This document shows positions 23,426 to 34,532 of a DNA stretch of 64,000 nt, one piece after another. A model generated the notes under the pieces. It did not search any database. It was not told the DNA's origin and was given only the letters and a program-made list of their open reading frames with translations. Made by a program: the position numbers and the translations under genes. Position 1 is the stretch's first letter. The number at the start of each line of letters is the position of its first letter. The stretch comes from an uncultured Thiotrichales bacterium. GTDB taxonomy: Bacteria > Pseudomonadota > Gammaproteobacteria > UBA4575. Where the stretch lies: positions 2,919 through 66,918 of the forward strand of contig CAZAOO010000007.1 in NCBI GenBank assembly GCA_964486815.1, written 5' to 3'.

Positions 23426-23606
23426 AATATGATTAATTTCTTGAAGTACCTGAATTATCAAGTAATTTACTCATTTTACCAATGTCGTGTACCGTTCAGA
23501 AGTGTAAATAAAGGCATTGTCGTCTGCCTATTGCATAGCTTGAGCCAGTTGCCAAAATGTCTTTTGAAGTCTAAAACCAGATAAAGTACGGAATACTAGA
23601 GAAATT

Positions 23607-25682
23607 ATGAATCACCCGCTGCAACTCATATTCGTTGACAGCAATCCTAATGATGTTGAAAAAATGGTTAGCTCCATAAAATCATCAGGGATTGCTGTAC
23701 GCTCACGGATTGCACAGGACGCGGATGATTTAACCATTCTTCTTGGCGAGGCACAGCCACATATTGTCCTTCATGCCATTGAAGACAATGAAGTGACACT
23801 AGAACAAACTGTATCAACCATTAATGGTCGTGCTCCAGAAATTCCTATAATTGCATTAACCAATTCATCAGAAATTGATCCGGTAGCGTACATGCAACAA
23901 GGCGCTACAAATTTAGTAAACAAAAATAATATCGAGCATTTACAGCTCGTAATTAGTAGTACAGCTAAAACTCAATTCCATATCCAGCAACTCAAAGAAG
24001 TTGCTGAAAACTGTGGTGAACTTGAGACTCGCTGCCAAATACTAATGGAAAGTTCTCGCGATGCGATATGTTATTTGCATGAAGGAATGCATACTTATGC
24101 GAATACTAAATATTTAGAAAAATTTGGTCACAGCAATAGTGAAGAGCTGTATGGACTATCCATCATGGATCTTATAACTCCTGATGATCAAGCAAAGATG
24201 AAAGACTTATTGAAAAAGTTTTCTAAATCTAAAGAAGTTGGTGAAACCACATTAACGTTCAAAAAAGAAAATGAAGAAACTTTCTCCGCTAAATTTAGTT
24301 TTAATGCAGTAGTGGTAGGTGGCGAAGAATGCATTCAAATCGTTATTCAAAGCCCAAGTGCTGGCGGCGGTGACACTAAAGAATTAGAGGATCAACTTAG
24401 TTATCTTAGCGAACGTGATGTGCATACCGGATTTTATCATCGTCGATCTATTATGGATCAGCTGGATGCTGCTGCTAATGCCGCAAAACAAGGCAAAATA
24501 TCTCAAGCCTTTATTCAGATAGATATTGCCAATTTCGATGATATTAAAGACAGATTTGGCATTGCGGTAATTGACAAAGTAAGCAGTGATGTAGCCAACG
24601 CTCTGCGAGAATGCTGTACAGAAAATGAAACTCTATCAAAATTAACAGAAGAATCTTTTGGCGTTCTGACTTCAAATATTGATCGTAAGTTCTTACATGC
24701 ATTTGGCGCGAATGTTATTAAACACTTAGGTGAACTAATGACTACTTCTGGTAGTGACTACATCGCTATAAAACCAGCTGTGGGTGCAGTTACCATTGAC
24801 CAATTCACAACTAATGTACCAGATATTCTAAATAAAGCTAAAAATTGTTGCGATGAAGCCTGGGAAAAAGATACCAACGAAATAGTTATCTATTCACCTG
24901 ATGACGCTCAAATGGGCGAGCATGAAAAAGACGAACGATGGACGCTTAAGTTACGTGAAGCTGTGAAAGAAAACAGGCTTGCGCTTCTTTATCAACCGAT
25001 CATTAGTTTGCACGGCGAACCTGGGGAGCGCTACCAAATTTATACCGCACTGCACAACAAGGACAATGAGCTAGTCCCTGCTAGTGAGTTTGTTATGCGC
25101 ATCGAACGCACTGGATTTGGCAAAATGTTGGATCGTTGGATTATCTTAAACGCATTGAAAAAATTGTCCGAGTTACGCACTAAAGGTGCTGATATGCGTT
25201 TATTTATCAAATTGAGCTCTAATTCAATTCTTGATAAAGACCTTCCGAGCTGGTTAGAGGCTCAGTTTAAAACCAACAACATTCCACCAAGCTTTGTATG
25301 TTTTGAGATTAAAGAACAAGTATTAATTTCAAATTTCAAAGAATCAAAGATACTAGTGAGTGCATTACAAGGAATGAAGTCAGAAATTGCAATTGATGCT
25401 TTTGGTGCTGGCGACAATCCATCGAAAATTCTTAAAGCTATTCCTGCGAATTATGTGAAAATTTGCCATAGCTTAATGTCTGAAGTAAGTGATAACCAGG
25501 AAAATCAGAATGCTATTCGCGAAATTGCCGAAGCATTAAAACCGATGGGGACAAAAGTCATAGCGCAGTTCATAGAAGATGCCGACACCCTGTCTATACT
25601 ATGGAGCTTGGGCATAAACTATACCCAAGGCAATTTCCTACAACCACCTAGTGAGCATCCTAACTACGACTTCTCGCTATAA
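23607..25682 (+). CDS. fimX: FimX-like REC-PAS-GGDEF-EAL protein with degenerate catalytic motifs
   Basis: REC-like N-terminus, PAS DAICYLHEGMHTYAN, GGDEF position TEESF, EAL position QIY, DAFG, QGNFLQPP; 691 aa. Confidence 0.75.
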   Translation: MNHPLQLIFVDSNPNDVEKMVSSIKSSGIAVRSRIAQDADDLTILLGEAQPHIVLHAIEDNEVTLEQTVSTINGRAPEIPIIALTNSSEIDPVAYMQQGATNLVNKNNIEHLQLVISSTAKTQFHIQQLKEVAENCGELETRCQILMESSRDAICYLHEGMHTYANTKYLEKFGHSNSEELYGLSIMDLITPDDQAKMKDLLKKFSKSKEVGETTLTFKKENEETFSAKFSFNAVVVGGEECIQIVIQSPSAGGGDTKELEDQLSYLSERDVHTGFYHRRSIMDQLDAAANAAKQGKISQAFIQIDIANFDDIKDRFGIAVIDKVSSDVANALRECCTENETLSKLTEESFGVLTSNIDRKFLHAFGANVIKHLGELMTTSGSDYIAIKPAVGAVTIDQFTTNVPDILNKAKNCCDEAWEKDTNEIVIYSPDDAQMGEHEKDERWTLKLREAVKENRLALLYQPIISLHGEPGERYQIYTALHNKDNELVPASEFVMRIERTGFGKMLDRWIILNALKKLSELRTKGADMRLFIKLSSNSILDKDLPSWLEAQFKTNNIPPSFVCFEIKEQVLISNFKESKILVSALQGMKSEIAIDAFGAGDNPSKILKAIPANYVKICHSLMSEVSDNQENQNAIREIAEALKPMGTKVIAQFIEDADTLSILWSLGINYTQGNFLQPPSEHPNYDFSL

Positions 25683-25853
25683 GCTCCAGCAACTAAATAC
25701 CGAAAAATCATCTACTGATGTTTCTCAAATATAGTTTTCCCATAAGTAATCGCCATTAATTTTTCTTTATCAATTTTTCTCTACTAACCATTCCACACAA
25801 ACTTTTTTGCATTAACAGTTTCAGACTAACTGTTTCGGACTAAGTATTTCACA

Positions 25854-26738
25854 TTAGGTATTTCTTAAAGCAGCAATACGATCCTCTAATGGCGGGTGTG
25901 TACTGAATAACTTTCTAAACCCATCTTTCATTCCACCTGAAATACCAAATGCTGCAAGTTGACCGGGTAACTCTTCTGGCTGATGCTGGGCTTTTAGACG
26001 TTCTAATGCTGCAGCCATTTTTTCTCTTCCGGCCAAGACTGCACCACCTGCATCAGCTCGGAACTCACGTCTACGCGAATACCAACTCGCAATTATAGAA
26101 GCCAAAACCCCTAGAACAACTTGCGCTATGATGCTGGTAATAAAATACCCGGGACCAAAGCCACTTCTTGATTTAAAGATCGCTTTATCTACCAGCATAC
26201 CCACGATTCGAGAGAAAAATATTACAAAGGTATTTAACACCCCTTGTATAAGACCCATAGTAATCATGTCTCCATTTGCGACATGACTAATCTCATGCGC
26301 CATAACGGCTTCTGCCTCATCTCGACTCATTGCATTTAATAAACCCGTGCTTACCGCAACCAGCGCGTTATTACGTCGCATGCCTGTTGCAAAGGCATTC
26401 ACCTCAGGTGTATCAAAAATTCCTACTTCAGGCATTCCAATGTTAGCCTGCTCTGCTTGACGTTGAACGGTATCCACTAACCACTGTTCTACTTCATTTG
26501 AAGGTTGTTCGATGACTAGCACCCCCATTGAACGCTTTGCCATCCATTTAGAGATCGCCAAAGATATAAACGACCCGCCAAATCCTATGAGTAGAGACAT
26601 AATAAACAACCCCGTTAACTGCCCCGACATACCATTTTGTGCAAGTATTTTATCGAGTCCGAAAACTTGTGCCACAATACCTAGTACCACTACCACAGCA
26701 AAGTTAGTAGCAATCAATAAAAATATTCGTGTTCCCAT
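25854..26738 (-). CDS. htpX: Zinc metalloprotease HtpX
   Basis: NAFATG, AHEISH (HExxH), NGDMITM, SRRREFRAD, STHPPL. Confidence 0.96.
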   Translation of the reverse strand: MGTRIFLLIATNFAVVVVLGIVAQVFGLDKILAQNGMSGQLTGLFIMSLLIGFGGSFISLAISKWMAKRSMGVLVIEQPSNEVEQWLVDTVQRQAEQANIGMPEVGIFDTPEVNAFATGMRRNNALVAVSTGLLNAMSRDEAEAVMAHEISHVANGDMITMGLIQGVLNTFVIFFSRIVGMLVDKAIFKSRSGFGPGYFITSIIAQVVLGVLASIIASWYSRRREFRADAGGAVLAGREKMAAALERLKAQHQPEELPGQLAAFGISGGMKDGFRKLFSTHPPLEDRIAALRNT

Positions 26739-26812
26739 TTGAAATCCTCTTAATATTTTACAAACTATCCTATTTATATATATCGTAATTTAAAAGATAA
26801 ATTACATTCAAT

Positions 26813-29080
26813 TCACTCATCCAGCTCTTCAAAATGCACCTCTATAGCATCTATATTTCGGTACCCTTTAGAAAGTTTCAATCCTCTTTGACCGCGCTCT
26901 CCCTCAAAAGTGTCAATTTCTTCGCCTTTCATTTTCTTAGTTCGCTTGCCAGAATATAAGGTTATTGCTTCACCATCCTGAACAAGTGCGATGGCACGCA
27001 TAGACTCTTCACCCGTAAGTACTTTTTTGCTGGGTATATTTATGATTTTGTTGCCCTTACCTTTAGGTAATATAGGCACATCATTTAGAGGGATAACCAA
27101 CATATTACCTTCAGAACCAATCGCTACCACCCAATCTTCTTCCTGATCACGTACACGTACTGGTGGCATCGCATGCGCACCCTTTGACACGGATAACATA
27201 GTTTTTCCTGCGCGATTACGGGTAAACATATCTGCAAGTTTAGCTACAAAACCATAGCCGGCACTGCTCGATAGTAAATAAAAATCTGATGGGTCGCCCA
27301 TCATGACACCTACAAATACCGCACCATCAGCAGGCTTCAACTTACCACTGAGTGGCTCACCCTGTCCTCGCGCCGAAGGCAAGGTATGCGCAGATAACGA
27401 ATAACAGCGCCCTCTAGAATCAAAAAACATAGCATTTTGATTTGATTTTCCATAGGCATGAGACTGATACATATCTCCTGACTTATAGTTAAGCTCGCGC
27501 ACATTCACTTCATGACCTTTGGCAGCACGCACCCAACCCTTCTGTGAAAGCACCACTGTAATCGGCTCAGAAGCAACTAACTCAGACTCATCAATCGCGG
27601 TTGCAGCTTCACGTTTAACCAGTTTGGATCTGCGATCGTCCCCGAATTCCTCTGCATCATGCAAAAGCTCTTTTTTAACCAATGTTTTCAATCGTGTAGT
27701 AGAACCTAATGTCTGCTCAAGTGATTTACGCTCAACATTTAACTCTTTTTGCTCAGCTTTAATTTTTATTTCTTCAATCTTTGCCAAATTACGTAGTTTC
27801 AAATTCAGTATGAATTCAGCTTGCTCATCACTGAGTTTAAACTTAGCTATTAATTTAGCTTTAGGATCATCTTCTGTACGAATGATCTTGATGACTGCAT
27901 CAATGTTGAGGTATGCAACCAATAATCCCTCTAATTCGTGCAGTCGTTTGGCAACTTTATCTAAACGCCATTGCAATCTTCGCTTTACGGTTTCAGTTCG
28001 AAACACCAACCATTCTTTAAGAATGTCACGAAGATTTTTAACTTGAGGTCGGCCATCTATTCCAATCATATTTAAATTGGCACGATAGTTACGCTCAAAA
28101 TCAGTAGTCGCAAAAAGATGTGACATTAAATCATTCATATCTATGTGGTTACTTTTTGGTGTAATAACTATGCGAATTGGGTTTTCATGATCAGACTCAT
28201 CACGCAAGTCTTGCACCATCGGTAATTTCTTCGCTTGCATTTGTTGCGCAATTTGCTCAAGTACTTTAGCCCCGGAGACCTGATGCGGCAAAGCAGTGAC
28301 TACGATATCCGAATCTTCTTTTACGTACACTGCCCGCATTCGAATAGAGCCATTACCGGTTTCATATATTTCTTTGATGTCTTTCGGGTCAGAAATAATT
28401 TCAGCATCCGTTGGGTAGTCTGGACCTTTAACAAATTTACAAAGATCTTTAACGGTCGCCTTAGGGTTATCTAGCAAATGAACACAAGCACTCACCACCT
28501 CCTTAATATTATGTGGGGGAATATCAGTAGACATACCTACCGCTATCCCCATTCCGCCATTTAATAAAACATTAGGTAAGCGTGCAGGCAAGACAATTGG
28601 TTCCTGCATTGTGCCATCGAAGTTTGGTGCCCACTCCGTAGTGCCTTGGTCTAGCTCTTGTAATAAAGCTTTGGCGTATCGGGTTAGTCGTGACTCCGTA
28701 TAGCGCATCGCAGCAAAAGATTTTGGATCATCGGTTGAGCCCCAGTTGCCCTGACCATCTATGAGCGGATAACGATAGGAAAAAGATTGCGCCATCAACA
28801 CCATGGCTTCGTAGCAAGCACTATCGCCATGCGGATGATACTTACCTAGCACATCACCAACCGTACGAGCAGATTTTTTATGTTTCGATACTGCTGACAA
28901 ACCAAGTTCAGACATTGCATAGATAATTCTGCGCTGCACCGGTTTCAAACCATCACCTATATTAGGCAAAGCGCGATCAAGAATTACATACATGGAATAT
29001 TCCAGGTACGCTTTTTCTGCAAACTCATGGATTGGCAGCTTGTCTGAAGGATCAAAATCCATTTCTATGTTATCGCTCAT
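26813..29080 (-). CDS. parC: DNA topoisomerase IV subunit A
   Basis: [37 protein letters not shown] catalytic Tyr. Confidence 0.97.
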   Translation of the reverse strand: MSDNIEMDFDPSDKLPIHEFAEKAYLEYSMYVILDRALPNIGDGLKPVQRRIIYAMSELGLSAVSKHKKSARTVGDVLGKYHPHGDSACYEAMVLMAQSFSYRYPLIDGQGNWGSTDDPKSFAAMRYTESRLTRYAKALLQELDQGTTEWAPNFDGTMQEPIVLPARLPNVLLNGGMGIAVGMSTDIPPHNIKEVVSACVHLLDNPKATVKDLCKFVKGPDYPTDAEIISDPKDIKEIYETGNGSIRMRAVYVKEDSDIVVTALPHQVSGAKVLEQIAQQMQAKKLPMVQDLRDESDHENPIRIVITPKSNHIDMNDLMSHLFATTDFERNYRANLNMIGIDGRPQVKNLRDILKEWLVFRTETVKRRLQWRLDKVAKRLHELEGLLVAYLNIDAVIKIIRTEDDPKAKLIAKFKLSDEQAEFILNLKLRNLAKIEEIKIKAEQKELNVERKSLEQTLGSTTRLKTLVKKELLHDAEEFGDDRRSKLVKREAATAIDESELVASEPITVVLSQKGWVRAAKGHEVNVRELNYKSGDMYQSHAYGKSNQNAMFFDSRGRCYSLSAHTLPSARGQGEPLSGKLKPADGAVFVGVMMGDPSDFYLLSSSAGYGFVAKLADMFTRNRAGKTMLSVSKGAHAMPPVRVRDQEEDWVVAIGSEGNMLVIPLNDVPILPKGKGNKIINIPSKKVLTGEESMRAIALVQDGEAITLYSGKRTKKMKGEEIDTFEGERGQRGLKLSKGYRNIDAIEVHFEELDE

Positions 29081-29099
29081 AATTTATTCATTTATTTAT

Positions 29100-30986
29100 C
29101 TAAATTTCTACCAAGTTACCTTTCTTTTGCAACCAGGCACGTCTGTCTGCAGAGCGTTTCTTGGCCAACAGCATATCAATCAATTGAAAGGTTTCTTTTA
29201 CATTGGTTAATGAAAGCTGCACAAGACGTCTCGTGTCCACTGCCATTGTAGACTCTCTTAATTGCATGGGATTCATTTCACCCAAACCTTTAAAACGCGT
29301 GATCGTTACTTTACCGGTTTTCTTTTCTGCTTTTATACGATCTAACACACCTTTTTGTTCTTCATCATCCAGTACATAAAACACTTCTTTACCCACATCG
29401 ATTCGATAAAGTGGCGGCATCGCCATATAAACATGCCCTGCTTCAACCAACGTTTGAAAATGCTGCAAAAACAACGCACATAATAACGTCGCAATATGTA
29501 AGCCATCTGAATCAGCATCCGCAAGCACGCAGACTTTCCCGTAACGCAGACCCGATAAATCCTTACTACCCGGTTCGATTCCTATCGCTACAGATATATC
29601 ATGCACTTCCTGAGATGCTAAAACCTGATCAGAAGAAACTTCCCATGTATTTAGTATCTTGCCACGCAAAGGCATAATTGCTTGATACACTCTATCGCGC
29701 GCCTGTTTGGCTGAGCCACCTGCAGAATCACCCTCAACCAAAAATAATTCAGTACGCGACAAATCTTCAGAAGTGCAATCGGCAAGTTTCCCCGGCAAGG
29801 CTGGGCCACTTGCAATTTTCTTACGTACAACTTTTTTACTTTTTCGTAAACGAGACTCGGCATTGCTAATTGCAAGTTGTGCTATCAATTCACCAGATTC
29901 AGCATTTTGATTTAACCAATGCCCAAAAGAATCTTTAGCTACGCCTGCAACAAAAACGGCTGTCTCACGCGAGCTTAAACGCTCTTTGGTTTGGCCTGCA
30001 AATTGTGGTTCTTTAATTTTGACCGATAATACATAGCAAAGCTTTTCCCATACATCTTCAGGCGTAAGCCTTACACCACGCGGTAGTAATTTTCGAAACT
30101 CACAAAATTCTCGTAAGGCTTCTGTCAAACCTGTTCGCAAACCTGAAACGTGAGTTCCCCCTTGCGCAGTAGGCACAAGATTTACATAACTTTCCTTTAA
30201 ACCCTCGCCCTCTTCTAACAACCATGTGATCGCCCATTCAACTGCTTCTTGATCACCCTCGAAACGCTCACGAAATGAATCTTGAGGAATATGCTCAATA
30301 CCCTCGATAGATTCCAGCAAGTAGTCTTTTAAGCCGTCTTCATAACACCATTCGTATTTCTTTTTATTAACTTCATCTTCGAACCTAATTTGCAAGCCAG
30401 GACACAAAATTGCCTTAGCACGCATAGTGTGGAGTAACTTTGATACTGAAAATTTCTCGCTTTCAAAATATTTCGCATCTGGCCAAAAGCGAATCGTTGT
30501 CCCAGTAGTTCTTGCTGCAACTTCTCCAACCACTTCCAACTTTGAACTCTTATTTCCACCTTTGAAGGCCATATTGTATTCTTTGCCACCACGCCGTACC
30601 CAGATTTCCAGGTTCTTTGACAAAGCATTTACAACTGATACACCTACACCATGCAAACCACCCGAGAACGAGTAGTTTTTATTTGAAAACTTTCCACCTG
30701 AATGTAGAGTACTAAGAATAACCTCAACACCAGGCAACTTAAGTTTGGGGTGTTTATCAACAGGCATTCCACGCCCATCATCCGCCACCTCAAGTGAACC
30801 ATCTTTATATAATTTGATATCAATAGCTTTGGCATAGCCAGATATCGCTTCATCAACACTATTATCAATTACCTCATGTGCCAAGTGATTGGGGCGAGTA
30901 GTATCGGTATACATTCCCGGCCTCTTACGAACCGGATCCAACCCACTCAATACCTCGATGTCTGAAGCGTTATATTTACCTGCCAT
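29100..30986 (-). CDS. parE: DNA topoisomerase IV subunit B
   Basis: EVIDNSVDE, GGLHGVG, VEGDSAGGS, PLRGKILN, DADSDG, RFKGLGEM; 628 aa, no GyrB insert. Confidence 0.97.
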   Translation of the reverse strand: MAGKYNASDIEVLSGLDPVRKRPGMYTDTTRPNHLAHEVIDNSVDEAISGYAKAIDIKLYKDGSLEVADDGRGMPVDKHPKLKLPGVEVILSTLHSGGKFSNKNYSFSGGLHGVGVSVVNALSKNLEIWVRRGGKEYNMAFKGGNKSSKLEVVGEVAARTTGTTIRFWPDAKYFESEKFSVSKLLHTMRAKAILCPGLQIRFEDEVNKKKYEWCYEDGLKDYLLESIEGIEHIPQDSFRERFEGDQEAVEWAITWLLEEGEGLKESYVNLVPTAQGGTHVSGLRTGLTEALREFCEFRKLLPRGVRLTPEDVWEKLCYVLSVKIKEPQFAGQTKERLSSRETAVFVAGVAKDSFGHWLNQNAESGELIAQLAISNAESRLRKSKKVVRKKIASGPALPGKLADCTSEDLSRTELFLVEGDSAGGSAKQARDRVYQAIMPLRGKILNTWEVSSDQVLASQEVHDISVAIGIEPGSKDLSGLRYGKVCVLADADSDGLHIATLLCALFLQHFQTLVEAGHVYMAMPPLYRIDVGKEVFYVLDDEEQKGVLDRIKAEKKTGKVTITRFKGLGEMNPMQLRESTMAVDTRRLVQLSLTNVKETFQLIDMLLAKKRSADRRAWLQKKGNLVEI

Positions 30987-31057
30987 TTAATTATCCAAAG
31001 TTAAACTAATATTTATTTGCTTATTTATCTACTGTCTTTCGTTAAGTAATTGTAGGA

Positions 31058-34000
31058 ATGAAACTACAACAGTATGCTAACCGAATGACCCATCAAAAAC
31101 CTAATTTAGCAAAACCCACTAAGACCATCATCGATAAGACTGCTCTTGCCATCAATCCTAAGGAGAATATCGCTGTATTTGCATCTGCTGGCAGCGGTAA
31201 AACTCATCTTCTAGTTCATCGAGTTCTAAAACTGTTATTAAGTGGTGTAGAACCCTCTCATATATTAGCTATTACTTTCACACGCAAAGCGGCAACTGAA
31301 ATGCAGGCACGCTTAATGAAAGTACTAGCAGATTGGGCAACAGCGGATGACTCACAAGTTAAAACCATACTGCAAAGCCTATCTCACTCATATGATGGCG
31401 CAAGCATAGCAAAAGCCAGGAAATTATATGAAGAATTATTATTTTCTGAGTATGAAATACGCATAACCACATTTCATGCATTTTGCCAGAATATTCTAAA
31501 GCGATTTGCTATACATGCAGGCGTTCCTGCCGGCTTTCATGTTATAGAAACCAATGACGCGGCCAAACTAGAAGCACGCAAGAAATTATTCAAAATTGCA
31601 CAACAAGGTGATCAAGAACTAAACAAAGCTCTTTATACCCTCCTGCAACACTGCAACACAGTTAGTAATGTCAATGAGGTGCTTGATACTTTTGTTAATT
31701 CAAGAAGTGACTGGAGAAGTTTTACCGAGAATCAAGAATACCCAGTCTCCTATGCCCATGATTGTCTAAAAAAACTCATTTTTCCCAATCAGGGTGCCAC
31801 AAGCACCAATTTAAACTCGCTCACACAAGCCTTAGCGGAATACTTATCCTATATATCTGCTCATAAGACGAAAACATTTCAGTCTTATTGCGAATTACTG
31901 TCTTCAGCTTTAGAACATCGACCGATCAAGAGCGAACAATTAAAGTCTCTAAGTAGCATTTTCTTCACCAGTAAAAACGAGCAGCGGGAAATCAAGTCAA
32001 GCAAGACACTAGAAAAAAGCCTAGGGTTTGAAAAAGTACAAGATTTTATTTCTTTACATGAATCATTATGTGAAAAGATTTCGAACCATCTGGATATAGT
32101 CAAAAAAGAAAATCTGCTTGAATTCAACCAAGCTTGGTTTTATGCAGGGCATAAACTCCTGGAAGAATATCAAAAAATAAAATTTAGCCAGCATGCTTTA
32201 GATTTTGATGACCTTGAGTGGTACAGCTATTTACTTCTCAACCAACATGAAAGTGCAGCCTGGATCCAATACAAACTTGATCAACGCATCCAGCACATAT
32301 TAATTGATGAGTTTCAGGACACAAATCCCACACAGTGGAACTTGCTATTCCCATTGCTTACTGAACTCGCTATCGATTCACATGAAAAACATAGAAGCTT
32401 GTTTTTTGTAGGCGATGCTAAACAATCAATTTATGGATTTCGACGTGCAAACTCTGATTTACAGTTCACTGCAGCCGAATGGGCAAAAGAAAATCTTAAT
32501 GCACAACTTCTGGAAACTGATGATTCATATCGCTCATCCCCGGCAATCATAAATTTTGTCAACAAGATTTTTTCTCAACAAAACATTGAGCTTAATCACT
32601 TTAACGCACATCAAGCAATGCAATCTGAACTATGGGGTCAGGTTCAGGTTAATGCATTAACCCAAGCCGAAGCCGTAGATACAAAAACACCAGACCAACA
32701 AGGTTTTCGCGATCCGCTACGCGAAGCCAGAATAAACATTGAAGACAATAGTCATCAACTAGAAAACCAGCAGGTTGCTTGCAAAATTAGCGCATTAATA
32801 TCTAGCGCTACACCGATCATGGATAATCAAATCCCACGAGCCCTCAAATATAGCGATATTATAATCCTTGCAAGAAATCGAACCCATCTAGCGCAACTTG
32901 AACTTGCATTAAGTGAGCAGCGAATTCCATTTAACAGTGTATATGATGGAGAGTTTCTAAGCAGGCTTGAAGTACAAGATATTCTTTCACTACTTACCTA
33001 CCTAACCCAGTCTCACAATGACTTAGCGCTAGCACAGGTACTACGTTCTCCACTATATGGCATGAACGACCAAGATATGATGGAAATAGCTTGCCAACCC
33101 GAAGATTCTTGGCATGAAAAACTAAAATCCCATGCTGATAACGCTAACAATACATTATCCAAACAAGCCTTTTTACAATTACAAAACTGGCGCAGCATGT
33201 CGAATACATTGCCGGTGCATGACTTACTCGATCACATCTACTTTGAGACGAATTTATTATCGCGTTACAAAAGCAGCTTACCCCAAGAAGAGGCTGGTGG
33301 AGCGAGCTCCCAAGTGCTGGATAATTTAATCGTTCTCTTACAGCTCAGCCTGGATTTAGATGCTGGTAGGTATTCAAGTATTCAATCTTTTTTGACCTCT
33401 CTGCAAACCAATCAACCAACCATACACACAGCTAGCGGGCAGCTACAGCAAAATAATGATGCTGTGCAAATTATGACAATTCACTCGGCTAAAGGTCTGG
33501 AGGCACCGGTAGTTTTTCTTGTTGACACAGGGCCCAAGAAACCGCACTTGTATACTTATAAAACAATTATAAATTGGCCTTCACACGCACGCCGACCCGA
33601 ACAATTTTTCTTATCGGGACGTAAGGATAGTGTTGATAAAACCTCACAATTCATCATTGACTATCAGACAAATACCCATTGGAAAGAAGAACTCAACTTA
33701 TTATACGTTGCGTTAACACGTGCAAAGCAATATTTATTTATCAGTGGAACCGCTTCAAAACGATATTCAGAAAACTCATGGCACTCGGTCATTAGCAATG
33801 CACTAGATGAAGCATTTATAAATAAAGAAGAATCTGTTTGGACTTACGATTTCGGCTCACTACCATCAATTGATACAACAGAATCGATCAAAGTTTCTTA
33901 TCGACCGTCGACTACCTATGACTTAAGCAAACCATTCCCAGCAGAGGAAGTAATTGAAACTGAAGATAGGCAAGCAGACTCAGAGCGTGCTAATTATGGA

Positions 34001-34471
34001 ACACTAGTTCACAAAGTGTTTGAGCTTATAGAACAAAAAGACCCCCAAGACCATGCAGTCTTAAAGTTGGCAGTAGAATCATCTCTGGGAATCATAATTA
34101 AAAAACAGGAATTTGAAAATGCAGTTCTCGAAGTAACAAACTGTTTAGAATCTACCGAACTTAATCAGATATTCAATACAAAAGACGATCAAGAAGTTTT
34201 AAAAGAAGTGCCCATAAGCTTCATCAAAAACGGAAAAATTTTATACAGAATCATCGACCACCTTATCATCAACAAAAACCAGGCATGGATTATTGACTAT
34301 AAAACTACTCGAGATGTAAACACCGACGCTATAGAAGAAACAGCAAAGCAGTATCAACATCAGATTGATACCTATGTATATGCCGTTAAAAAGCTTTACC
34401 CTGAAAAAACGATTCGGGCATCCATACTATTCACAGCAATTCCGGTGCTCTATGATCTAACGACACATTAG
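31058..34471 (+). CDS. AddA/RecB-like UvrD helicase with C-terminal nuclease domain
   Basis: ASAGSGKT Walker A, AITFTRKAA, IDEFQDT, VGDAKQSIYGFR, MTIHSAKGLE, YVALTRA, then GTLVH and IDHL..IIDYKT nuclease motifs. Confidence 0.88.
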   Translation: MKLQQYANRMTHQKPNLAKPTKTIIDKTALAINPKENIAVFASAGSGKTHLLVHRVLKLLLSGVEPSHILAITFTRKAATEMQARLMKVLADWATADDSQVKTILQSLSHSYDGASIAKARKLYEELLFSEYEIRITTFHAFCQNILKRFAIHAGVPAGFHVIETNDAAKLEARKKLFKIAQQGDQELNKALYTLLQHCNTVSNVNEVLDTFVNSRSDWRSFTENQEYPVSYAHDCLKKLIFPNQGATSTNLNSLTQALAEYLSYISAHKTKTFQSYCELLSSALEHRPIKSEQLKSLSSIFFTSKNEQREIKSSKTLEKSLGFEKVQDFISLHESLCEKISNHLDIVKKENLLEFNQAWFYAGHKLLEEYQKIKFSQHALDFDDLEWYSYLLLNQHESAAWIQYKLDQRIQHILIDEFQDTNPTQWNLLFPLLTELAIDSHEKHRSLFFVGDAKQSIYGFRRANSDLQFTAAEWAKENLNAQLLETDDSYRSSPAIINFVNKIFSQQNIELNHFNAHQAMQSELWGQVQVNALTQAEAVDTKTPDQQGFRDPLREARINIEDNSHQLENQQVACKISALISSATPIMDNQIPRALKYSDIIILARNRTHLAQLELALSEQRIPFNSVYDGEFLSRLEVQDILSLLTYLTQSHNDLALAQVLRSPLYGMNDQDMMEIACQPEDSWHEKLKSHADNANNTLSKQAFLQLQNWRSMSNTLPVHDLLDHIYFETNLLSRYKSSLPQEEAGGASSQVLDNLIVLLQLSLDLDAGRYSSIQSFLTSLQTNQPTIHTASGQLQQNNDAVQIMTIHSAKGLEAPVVFLVDTGPKKPHLYTYKTIINWPSHARRPEQFFLSGRKDSVDKTSQFIIDYQTNTHWKEELNLLYVALTRAKQYLFISGTASKRYSENSWHSVISNALDEAFINKEESVWTYDFGSLPSIDTTESIKVSYRPSTTYDLSKPFPAEEVIETEDRQADSERANYGTLVHKVFELIEQKDPQDHAVLKLAVESSLGIIIKKQEFENAVLEVTNCLESTELNQIFNTKDDQEVLKEVPISFIKNGKILYRIIDHLIINKNQAWIIDYKTTRDVNTDAIEETAKQYQHQIDTYVYAVKKLYPEKTIRASILFTAIPVLYDLTTH

Positions 34472-34532
34472 TTCTTAAAGCACTGAACTATTTTATTATG
34501 TTTATTAAGTTTATTAGGGAATTTTGGCTAAT

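Noticed and set aside
23511-23530. Sigma54 promoter upstream of fimX
   Set aside because: GG to GC spacing is 11 rather than 10; it is just a short AGGCA/TGCCT inverted repeat
33293-33300. E. coli Chi octamer GCTGGTGG inside the addA-like gene
   Set aside because: A single octamer is expected by chance, and Chi sequences are species-specific
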